Positions 53,223 through 61,002 of a DNA stretch of 64,000 nucleotides are shown here, piece after piece; within the stretch, counting starts at the first letter, position 1, and every line of letters begins with the position of its first letter. Below the pieces are notes generated by a model, which did not search any database, was not told the origin of the DNA, and saw only the letters and a list, made by a program, of their open reading frames with translations. Source of the stretch: an uncultured Actinomycetes bacterium (GTDB taxonomy: Bacteria > Actinomycetota > UBA4738 > JBBDTT01). The stretch covers positions 832,001 through 896,000 of the forward strand of contig CAVUMN010000003.1 of assembly GCA_963742735.1 (NCBI GenBank). The letters are read 5' to 3'. The translations under genes were made by a program, and so were the position numbers.

Positions 53223-54176
53223 TCAGACCGTGCGCAGGTCCAGGGCCTCGACGACGCCCGAGACCGACAGGCCCGGCTCGGGCCCGCCGCCGATCACGAG
53301 CAGGACCGCGCCGGCCACGACCACCCCCAGCCCGTGCCGGGGGGTGGGCAGGTCCGGGAGCGCCGACCACGAGCGCCCCGTCGGGTCGTACGCCTCCACC
53401 TCGGCGAACGTTCCCGGCTGCTCCTCGCCCCCGGCGGCGATCACCAGGCCCGCTCCGGCGGCCGCGCCCAGGCCGCCACGGGCGGTCGGCAGGCCCGCCA
53501 CGACCTCCCACCGGCCGTTGGAGGGCACCAGCCGCTCCGTGGCGCTCAGGTTGCCGTCCATGCCGCCGACCCGGCCGCCCACCGCGTAGACGACCCCGTC
53601 GAGCGCGGTGACCGCCAGGTGCTCGCGCGCCACGATCAGGCCGCCGCCCAGCGTCCATCGCCCGGTGTCGACCTCGAGGACCATCGTCCGGTCGGCCAGC
53701 CCGTTCGGCCCGATGCCCCCGGCGACGAAGATCAGTCCATCGGTGTACGCGGCCCCTCCGGCCGCCCGCGCCTCGGGCATGGGATCCTCGAGCACGTCCC
53801 ACTCCCCGTCCCGGAACGCGAAGGCCCCCGCGGTGGGGTTGCGGTCCGAGTCGTAGCCGCCGAACACGTACACCGTCTCTCCGTCCGAGGCGGCCATCGC
53901 GTGGTCGACCGCCGCGGGCAGTGGCGGCCCCTCGGACCACTCGTCGGCGTCGACGTCGTAGAGCTCGACGATGTCGACGGTTGCCCCGCCGGCGTCGAAC
54001 CCCCCGGCGACCACGATCGTTCCGCCGGCGGCCGCGGCCGCGACCTCGGTGCGCGGCACGGCCATCGGCGCCAGCGTCTCCCAGGCCAGCCCCGCCGGGC
54101 CGTCCTCGATCCGGGTGCCTCCGTCACAACCGGCGGCCAGGGCCAGGGCGACCAGCACGGCGAACGCGCGTCTCAC
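53223..54176 (-). CDS. Kelch-repeat beta-propeller lipoprotein
   Basis: Lipobox LAAGC; about six GG...Y/F....W kelch repeats. Confidence 0.9.
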   Translation of the reverse strand: MRRAFAVLVALALAAGCDGGTRIEDGPAGLAWETLAPMAVPRTEVAAAAAGGTIVVAGGFDAGGATVDIVELYDVDADEWSEGPPLPAAVDHAMAASDGETVYVFGGYDSDRNPTAGAFAFRDGEWDVLEDPMPEARAAGGAAYTDGLIFVAGGIGPNGLADRTMVLEVDTGRWTLGGGLIVAREHLAVTALDGVVYAVGGRVGGMDGNLSATERLVPSNGRWEVVAGLPTARGGLGAAAGAGLVIAAGGEEQPGTFAEVEAYDPTGRSWSALPDLPTPRHGLGVVVAGAVLLVIGGGPEPGLSVSGVVEALDLRTV

Positions 54177-54853
54177 GCGTCATTCATACCCGCATAGCCG
54201 CGCCACAGCGAGGAGGCGTCGCTCAATCCGAGGGAGGTCTTGTGCTCCGCGCGGACCAGGCCGACCGAAGCCCAGGCCTCGTCGAGGACCGCCAGCACAT
54301 CGGACGGCGCCCGGTGCCCGGGATCGACCAGCAGGTCGTCGACCCAGCGCGCGAACCGGAGGCCGGCGCGGCGCAGGGCCGAGTCGGCGGATCCCAGCAC
54401 CGCGTTGGCGAACAGGGCCGAGGGCTCGGGGCCCACCGGGAGCCCGGGGATTCCCTGCTCGTTCCACGCCCCGGCGGCCCGGGCCGCCCTCGCGGCCGCC
54501 TCGCGGGACACCCCCGCCCGTCGCAGGCTCGACTCGAGCGCCCCGGGCCGGATGGAGCCGTAGCAGTCGCGGACGTCGGTCCGCACGAGCGTCTCCGAGC
54601 TCGCGGCCAGGCAGGCGGCCACCTCTCGGGCGACCCGCAGGGCCGGACGCACCGGCCGCAGGGCTCCCCCCGCGATGTCCCACCGGTTGCCCAGCACCTC
54701 GGGACCGAGCCATCGCTCGACGGCCGGCGCGGCCGCGTTCGCCAGACCGAGCCAGACGCGGGCGTCGCGCGGCGAGAGCTCGGTCATGAGCCGGTGACCC
54801 CCCGCCGGCTTCGGGATCGTGTACGTACGCGGCGCGGTGGCCGTCGCGGACAT
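54173..54853 (-). CDS. Minimal stand-alone reverse transcriptase (226 aa, WVDD)
   Basis: RT1 IPKPAGGHRLM; RT3 RTDVRDCYGSI; RT4 GLPVGPEPSALFAN; RT5 FARWVDDLLV; RT6/7 GLVRAEHKT; SD GGAGG. Confidence 0.88.
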   Translation of the reverse strand: MSATATAPRTYTIPKPAGGHRLMTELSPRDARVWLGLANAAAPAVERWLGPEVLGNRWDIAGGALRPVRPALRVAREVAACLAASSETLVRTDVRDCYGSIRPGALESSLRRAGVSREAAARAARAAGAWNEQGIPGLPVGPEPSALFANAVLGSADSALRRAGLRFARWVDDLLVDPGHRAPSDVLAVLDEAWASVGLVRAEHKTSLGLSDASSLWRGYAGMNDA

Positions 54854-54975
54854 CGGGCCTCCCCCAGTCGAGCCGGGAGGAGGCCGGCGGTGCGATTTCT
54901 ACCGGAGGACGCGGGGGCGGCACATCGCCCGGCCGGGTGGAACCTGGGGCCCCCGGTGGGGGGGCCGGCGCTCCC

Positions 54976-56382
54976 CTAGGCGGGGGCGCCCGCGGCCACG
55001 ACCTCGGCGGCGTGGATCCGCCACCACTCCCGGCCCGCCTCGGGGAGGGTCCGGATCGGGTCGTAGTACGGGTACCGGCGGGCGAGCGCCTCGGGGTCGT
55101 CGTACTCGATCCCGGTGCGGTAGTTCTTGGTCCAGTACGAGATCCCGCGCTCGCGGTCGTACTCGTCGACCTGGTGGACCCAGCGCTTGCCCACGAAGGG
55201 GACGTCGCACACGATCCGCGGCGTCGCGAACCCGGGCAGGTACCCCATGATCGCGTGCTGGAGCTCCTGCGCCTCCCACACCGGCGTCCGCCAGTGCTCG
55301 GCGTTCGGGATCATGTCGCACATGTAGAAGTAGTAGGGCATGACCTTCGCCCGATCCAGGAGCGTGAAGCACAGGTCCAGGAGCTCCTTCGCCGAGGTGT
55401 TCACGCCCCGCATCAGCACTCCCTGATTGCGGACGTCGCGAAAGCCCACGTCGAGGAGCACGCGCACGGCCTTCGCCACGAGCGGCGTGACCTGGTTCGC
55501 GTGATTGACGTGGACGTGCAGCGCGAGGTCGACCCCCCGCTCGCGGGACTTGGCCGCCAGACGCTCGAGCCCGGCCATGACCTCCGGCTGCAGGAAGTGC
55601 TGGGGCAGCCCCATGAGCGCCTTCGACGCCAGCCGGATGTCGCGGATGTTCTCGATGTCCATGAGCGCGGACACGAACCCCTCCAGCCGCGCGATGGGGA
55701 GGTTGGCCACGTCGCCGCCACTGACCACCACATCGCGGACCGACGGAGTCCGGCGCAGGTAGTCGAGCATCGCGTCGTGACGGTCGGGCTGCTTCAGCTC
55801 GAACTTGTACTTCGCGATCAGGGGGGTGCTGTTGCCGACCAGGTCCATCCGGGTGCAGTGGCCGCAGTACTGCGGGCACGTGGAGAGCATCTCGGCGAGC
55901 ACCTTCGTCGGGTAGCGGTGGGTGAGGCCCTCCACCGCCCACATGTCGGCCTCGTGCAGCGAGTCGCGGCTGGACATGGGATGCGACATCCACTCCGCGT
56001 CGCGATCGCTCGCCGCGGGGATCATGTAGCGGCGCACGGGGTCCGCGTACAGGTCTCGCTCGTCCATCGTGTTGAGCATCTGCGGCGGCAGGAGCATCGA
56101 CATCGTGGCCAGCCGTTCCTGGTCGGCGGCGATGTCCGCCGCGAGGTCCTCGGTGAGGAGGGGACCGAGGGCTTCCTTGAGCTCGCCGAGGTTCTTGATC
56201 GAGTGGGTGCGCTGCCACTGCGCGCTCTCCCACTGCTCGGCCGTCACGTCCCGGTAGCCGGGGAGCCGCCGCCAGTCGGGCTCGGCGAACTCGCGCTGGA
56301 GGGGGTAGACGAAGGGCTGCTCGGCCGCGTGGGCGCGGATCTCCCGGTGGCCGGGCCGGTCGGTGTTTCGGGTGAGCGTCAT
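54976..56382 (-). CDS. kamA: Lysine 2,3-aminomutase (radical SAM)
   Basis: LTHRYPTKVL, CPQYCGHC, SGGD, NQGVL.RGVN, PYY.Y.CD. Confidence 0.93.
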   Translation of the reverse strand: MTLTRNTDRPGHREIRAHAAEQPFVYPLQREFAEPDWRRLPGYRDVTAEQWESAQWQRTHSIKNLGELKEALGPLLTEDLAADIAADQERLATMSMLLPPQMLNTMDERDLYADPVRRYMIPAASDRDAEWMSHPMSSRDSLHEADMWAVEGLTHRYPTKVLAEMLSTCPQYCGHCTRMDLVGNSTPLIAKYKFELKQPDRHDAMLDYLRRTPSVRDVVVSGGDVANLPIARLEGFVSALMDIENIRDIRLASKALMGLPQHFLQPEVMAGLERLAAKSRERGVDLALHVHVNHANQVTPLVAKAVRVLLDVGFRDVRNQGVLMRGVNTSAKELLDLCFTLLDRAKVMPYYFYMCDMIPNAEHWRTPVWEAQELQHAIMGYLPGFATPRIVCDVPFVGKRWVHQVDEYDRERGISYWTKNYRTGIEYDDPEALARRYPYYDPIRTLPEAGREWWRIHAAEVVAAGAPA

Positions 56383-56416
56383 CGATCCCCCGTCGAAGGA
56401 CGTTGCCTGTTTAGCA

Positions 56417-56472
56417 ATGGTAGCAGGACGCCATCCGGCGGCAAGAGCATTATTCCGAATATCCTTCGGAAT
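56417..56472 (-). promoter_or_regulatory. kamA promoter (TTGCCG-16-TACCAT, extended TG) with upstream palindrome ATTCCGAA-N5-TTCGGAAT
   Basis: -10 at 56417-56422, -35 at 56439-56444, perfect 8-bp inverted repeat at 56452-56472. Confidence 0.6.
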
Positions 56473-56481
56473 CCGGGGCGT

Positions 56482-57489
56482 TCAGGGCGATCCGGCCGCG
56501 TACCGCTCCTCGAACAGCCGGCGCAGGTCGGGGTGGGTCCGGAGCAGGTCCAGCGCCAGCTCCGCGTGGCCCGGCACGTATCCGGACCCGATCTGCATCT
56601 GCACGTCGCGAGCCATCCCCTCCGCCGAGAGCGCCGCCGCGGTGAAGGACGTGGCCATCGAGAAGAACAGGACGGTCCCGCCCTCCTCGGCCAGAAGGAT
56701 GGACGTGCTTTCCGTACCGGGCACGTTCACGCAGTTGACCACCAGCTCCGCGCGCTCGGGAGCGGTCTCCAGGGCGGCCGCCGGATCGGTCGCGTCGGTA
56801 ACGAAGGACTCGAACCCCAGTGCCCGCACCTCGTCGGCCTCAGCCTGGGACCGAACCAGCGCGAATGCCCTCGCCCCCGCATCCCGCGCGGCGAACAGGG
56901 AGAGCACGCCGGACTTGCCGGCCCCGCCGATCACCAAGACGCGGGCCTTCCCTCGGGCAAGCCTGGCCACCTGTGCCGGCGCGCCGGCGACGTCGAGCAC
57001 GGCCAGCGACAGCGCGTCGGGGACGTCGGCCGGCAGCTTCGCGTACAGGCCGTCCTCGAACAGGATCGCGTACCCCTCGGCCGGTACCTGCTCGGACTGG
57101 CCGTCCCACCCGGCCACCGAGTACAGCACGAGCGGGGTGAGGGTCAGGGAGACGAGCGTGGCGATGCGGTCGCCCCGCCTCGGTTGGACTCGGCCCTCCC
57201 CCACCCCGGCGACGGTCCCGATCAGCATCCCGCCAGAGCCCGTCACCGGGTTGTGCATCTTCCCGCGAGCCTTGACGATCGAGACCACCCGCATCCGCAG
57301 CTCCTCGGGGTGGCCGCCCGTCTCCTCCAGGAGCTGATGGAAGGACGCCGCGTCCAGGTTCAGCCGCTCGACGTCGATCATCACCTCGCCGTCGCGGAGC
57401 GGGAGCGAGGTGTCCAGGACCTCGGCCTGCTGGGGCAGGACGCCCTTCGGCGAGAGGACGCGGTCCAGTCCGTGGGCGGTGGCCTCCAT
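56482..57489 (-). CDS. kdd: L-erythro-3,5-diaminohexanoate dehydrogenase
   Basis: RGKMHNPVTGSGGMLIG, ATLVSLTLTPL, GGAGKSG, FFSMATSF. Confidence 0.92.
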   Translation of the reverse strand: MEATAHGLDRVLSPKGVLPQQAEVLDTSLPLRDGEVMIDVERLNLDAASFHQLLEETGGHPEELRMRVVSIVKARGKMHNPVTGSGGMLIGTVAGVGEGRVQPRRGDRIATLVSLTLTPLVLYSVAGWDGQSEQVPAEGYAILFEDGLYAKLPADVPDALSLAVLDVAGAPAQVARLARGKARVLVIGGAGKSGVLSLFAARDAGARAFALVRSQAEADEVRALGFESFVTDATDPAAALETAPERAELVVNCVNVPGTESTSILLAEEGGTVLFFSMATSFTAAALSAEGMARDVQMQIGSGYVPGHAELALDLLRTHPDLRRLFEERYAAGSP

Positions 57490-57512
57490 GGGCCAGACAG
57501 TATCCTCCGGCC

Positions 57513-57953
57513 GTGGACCAGAAGGACCTGGCGATCGTCGCCGCGCTGCAGGCGGACTCCCGTTCGACGTACGCGGAGATCGGCAAGGGCGTCGGGCTGT
57601 CGGCCTCCTCGGTCCACGACCGGGTTCGCAAGCTCGAGGAGTCCGGGGTGATCCGCGGGTACGGGGCGAGCGTGAGCCCCGAGGGCATCGGGCTGAACGT
57701 CACCGCGCTCGTCTCCGTGGTGCCGCTCGACCCGACGCAGCCCGACGACATCCCCGAGCGCGTGGTGGGGTTCACCGAGATCGAGGACTGCTACTCGGTG
57801 GCCGGCGCCGAGAATTACGTCCTGAAGGTCCGCACCCGGACCACGGCCGACCTCGAGGCGTTCCTCGGCCGCCTCCGGGAGGAGGTCGGCGTCCAGACCC
57901 GCACGACGGTCGTCCTCTCGATCCCGTTCGAGGGCCGCCCCGTCACGCCCTAG
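57513..57953 (+). CDS. Lrp/AsnC family regulator
   Basis: HTH YAEIG..VGLS.SSV..RVRKLEE.GVI.GY; RAM domain CYSVAG...Y.LKV; divergent from kdd. Confidence 0.93.
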   Translation: MDQKDLAIVAALQADSRSTYAEIGKGVGLSASSVHDRVRKLEESGVIRGYGASVSPEGIGLNVTALVSVVPLDPTQPDDIPERVVGFTEIEDCYSVAGAENYVLKVRTRTTADLEAFLGRLREEVGVQTRTTVVLSIPFEGRPVTP

Positions 57954-59137
57954 CCGCCCACCTCGGGGATCGCCGCCGGCGGGGACGGGCCCGCCCGGGC
58001 GGGCGTGTCTGCCCGTGCGCGGAGGATCACCAGGCCGACGACGGCCGCCGCCCCACCCGCCAGGAACGCGCCGAAGTTCGCGTCGACCAGCCGGACGGCG
58101 AGTCCCGCCGAGACCGGCCCGATCCCGAACCCCAGGTCCACGAACGCGGTGAACGTCCCCACCACCGCCGCCCGCTGCGACGCCGGTGCCCGCGAGACGG
58201 CCATCGTCATCAGGGCCGGGAAGGCCAGCGACTGCCCGAGCGCCAGGATCGCGGTGCCCACGTACAGCCCGATCGCGGTCTCCCACGCGGCCATCAGGCC
58301 GAGGCCGATGGCGGTCGAGCCCAGGGAGACCGTGGCCGTTCGTCTCGAGCCCCACGCGTCCGGGATCCGCGCACCGAACAGCCGCACCAGCACGATCAGC
58401 GAGGCGTACATCAGGAACACGTAGCGTGAGCCCGAGAGCCCGACGTCGCGCGCGTGCAGGGGCACGAACGTCTCGTAGGCGGCGAAGCCCCACACGCTCG
58501 CCCAGATCACGATGCCGGGGGCGAGGGCGGCGGGGTGGATCAGCCGGGAGTGCTCGTCGGTCGCCTCCGGGCGCGTGTCGGGGACGCGCAGGCCGAGGGC
58601 GCCGGCGATCACCATCCCGGCGCCCGCCACCAGCCACACCCGGGCGAAGTGGTCGTCCCCGACCAGCAGCTCCCCCAGCAGCGGCCCGACCGCGATCCCG
58701 ACGTACAGCCCGAGCGAGAAGTACGAGACCGCCTCGCCGCGCCGCTCGTCCGGGGCCAGGTCGGCCGCCGCCGTCGCGGCGCCGGTGAAGAATGCGGCCT
58801 CCCCGATCCCGCCGAGGACACGCATGGCGATGAGCACCGGCAGCGACTCGGCGATGGCGTAGCCGGCCACGGAGATCCCCGCCAGGGCCGCACCTCCGGC
58901 GATCAGCAGCCGGCGGCCCCGTCGGTCGCCGAACCTGCCCACGAACGGACGGACCAGGATCGCGGCCACGCTGAACATTCCGGCGGCCACCCCTACCGCC
59001 ACCGCCCCGCCGGCGAGCGGGCCCTTCACGAACAGCGGGAACAGCGGCAGGGTCATCCCCACCGAGACGAAGTACGCCAGCGTCGCGGCGAGGATCGCCA
59101 GGAACGCCGGCGTCAGGAGGGTGGGCCGGCGGCTCAC
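57950..59137 (-). CDS. MFS transporter
   Basis: Motif A GRFGDRRGRR; about 12 TM segments. Confidence 0.9.
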   Translation of the reverse strand: MSRRPTLLTPAFLAILAATLAYFVSVGMTLPLFPLFVKGPLAGGAVAVGVAAGMFSVAAILVRPFVGRFGDRRGRRLLIAGGAALAGISVAGYAIAESLPVLIAMRVLGGIGEAAFFTGAATAAADLAPDERRGEAVSYFSLGLYVGIAVGPLLGELLVGDDHFARVWLVAGAGMVIAGALGLRVPDTRPEATDEHSRLIHPAALAPGIVIWASVWGFAAYETFVPLHARDVGLSGSRYVFLMYASLIVLVRLFGARIPDAWGSRRTATVSLGSTAIGLGLMAAWETAIGLYVGTAILALGQSLAFPALMTMAVSRAPASQRAAVVGTFTAFVDLGFGIGPVSAGLAVRLVDANFGAFLAGGAAAVVGLVILRARADTPARAGPSPPAAIPEVGG

Positions 59138-60282
59138 GCCGTCCCGGAGGCCAGCCGCCGTCCGATGATGTAGCGCTGGATCTGGTTTGTGCCCTCCACG
59201 ATCTGGAGGGCCTTCGCCTCGCGCATGTACCGCTCGACCGGGTACTCGGCCATGTAGCCGTACCCGCCGAAGATCTGGACCGCGTCGGTGGTGACCCGCA
59301 TCGCCGTGTCGCTCGCCAGGAGCTTCGACATCGCCGCACCCAAGGTCGAGTCGGCGCCCGAGTCCCGCACGCGCGCCGCCTCCCGGTACAGCCGCCGGCT
59401 GGCCTCGATCGAGACCGCCATGTCCGCCAGCATGAACTGGACCCCCTCGAACTCCGCGATCGGCTTGCCGAACTGCGCCCGGTCGCGCGCGTAGGCCACC
59501 GCCGCGTCGAACGCGCCGTGGGCGAGCCCCGTGGAGCAGGCCGCGATCCCCAGCCGTCCGCCGTCGAGCGCGGCAAGGGCGATCTTGAACCCGTCGCCCT
59601 CCGACCCGATGAGGTTCTCGGCCGGCACCTCGCACCCCTCGAAGAGCAGCTCGCGCATCGGCGAGGACGTCCAGCCCATCTTCTCCTCGAGCTTGCCGAA
59701 CTCGAACCCCGGCCAGCCCTTCTCGACGGCGAACGCCGAGACGCCGGCCGCGCCCTCGCCGCCGGTGCGCGCCATGACCAGGTAGTACTCCGCCTCCCCG
59801 CCGTGGGTGATGAACCGCTTCGCGCCGGTGAGCCGGTAGACGCCGTCCGAGCGCTCCGCGCGGGCCTTGAGCGCCGCGGCGTCCGAGCCGCTGGACGCCT
59901 CCGACAGCGCGTAGGCCCCGAGCCACTCCGCCGAGCACAGACGCGGGAGGTAGGTGGCCTTCAGGTCGTCGGAGCCGAACGCGTGCAGGGCGAACGACGA
60001 GAGGTGATGGACGGAGATGGCGATCGAGAGCGCGAGGTAGGTCGTGGCGACCTCCTCCAGGACCAGAAGGTACGAGAGGAACGACTGCCCGCCGCCCCCG
60101 TAGGCCTCGTCCCATGGGATGCCGGCGAGCCCCATCTCCCCCAGCTCACGGAACAGCTCGCGCGGGAACGTCTTCTTGGCCTCGTGGTCGGCCGAAGCGG
60201 GGCCCGCTCGGTCCTGCGCGAACGCCCGCACGACCCGAACCAGCTCCCGCTGCTCCTCGTCGAGCCCGAAGTCCCGGTCCAC
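59134..60282 (-). CDS. Acyl-CoA dehydrogenase
   Basis: ALSE..SGSD, GAKRFIT, EEKMG, QIFGGYGY, IVEGTNQIQR. Confidence 0.94.
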   Translation of the reverse strand: MDRDFGLDEEQRELVRVVRAFAQDRAGPASADHEAKKTFPRELFRELGEMGLAGIPWDEAYGGGGQSFLSYLLVLEEVATTYLALSIAISVHHLSSFALHAFGSDDLKATYLPRLCSAEWLGAYALSEASSGSDAAALKARAERSDGVYRLTGAKRFITHGGEAEYYLVMARTGGEGAAGVSAFAVEKGWPGFEFGKLEEKMGWTSSPMRELLFEGCEVPAENLIGSEGDGFKIALAALDGGRLGIAACSTGLAHGAFDAAVAYARDRAQFGKPIAEFEGVQFMLADMAVSIEASRRLYREAARVRDSGADSTLGAAMSKLLASDTAMRVTTDAVQIFGGYGYMAEYPVERYMREAKALQIVEGTNQIQRYIIGRRLASGTA

Positions 60283-60335
60283 GGCCGGGAGCCTAGTGGA
60301 GGCCACCACGCGGCGCGCGAAGAATCTGAACCGAC

Positions 60336-60965
60336 ATGCCGGCGGCAAGCGCACAGGCGCGGATCTCGGTCGCGGTCGCCACCCTCCTGCTGGCCGCGCT
60401 GGCCTCGCTCACGACCAGGCGCCACCTTCGACGACGGTTCCCGGACTCGTTCGGCGCCGTCTATCGTCTTCCGTGGTCCCGTCAGGTGCGCGTCATGAAC
60501 GCCGTCGGCCTCGGAGGCCGAGTGACGAATCCTGAGGATGCACCCGTCGCGGTTGAGGTGGCGAGAACGCTGCAGGAACACCCGTGGTGGTTCGCGCTGA
60601 CGAATCTGGCCGTGGGCGTCCCGGCGTTCCTCGGCCTCGTGTGGGCGATCGGTCTCAGGGTTCCGGCGCTCGTCCTCGTCGCGATGGGGCTGGCCGTGCT
60701 GGGGGTGGGCGCCCCCTTCGCCGCGTGGCTCATCAGGCGAACCGCGAGCGCCGCGGAGCGGTCCAACCTGGACGGTTGGGATTCCCGGAGTGCCCCGGAG
60801 CCAAAGGTCCCGCTGCCGCGACGGCTTCTGGTGATCGCGAGCGCGGTTGCGGGCCTCGCCGGCCTCGGATCGTTCGTCGTCGAAGGTCCGGCGGCCGGGC
60901 TCCGGGCCCTGGTGTGGATGTCGCTCTGTTGCGGGTTCCTTCTCTGGGTCTGGCGCCTCCGCTGA
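60336..60965 (+). CDS. Hypothetical membrane protein
   Basis: Several hydrophobic helices; no family recognised. Confidence 0.55.
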   Translation: MPAASAQARISVAVATLLLAALASLTTRRHLRRRFPDSFGAVYRLPWSRQVRVMNAVGLGGRVTNPEDAPVAVEVARTLQEHPWWFALTNLAVGVPAFLGLVWAIGLRVPALVLVAMGLAVLGVGAPFAAWLIRRTASAAERSNLDGWDSRSAPEPKVPLPRRLLVIASAVAGLAGLGSFVVEGPAAGLRALVWMSLCCGFLLWVWRLR

Positions 60966-61002
60966 CTGAATCCCGGTCACGCCGCCTCGGTATGCTGGAC
61001 TC

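Noticed and set aside
53223-54975. Diversity-generating retroelement targeting the Kelch gene
   Set aside because: No TR/VR pair differing at adenines seen, no avd gene, and RT motif 4 has SA rather than SQ.
54173-54975. Group II intron or retron
   Set aside because: No maturase, no domain V or GUGCG boundary, no space for an intron RNA; no NAxxH/VTG motifs or clear a1/a2 inverted repeats.
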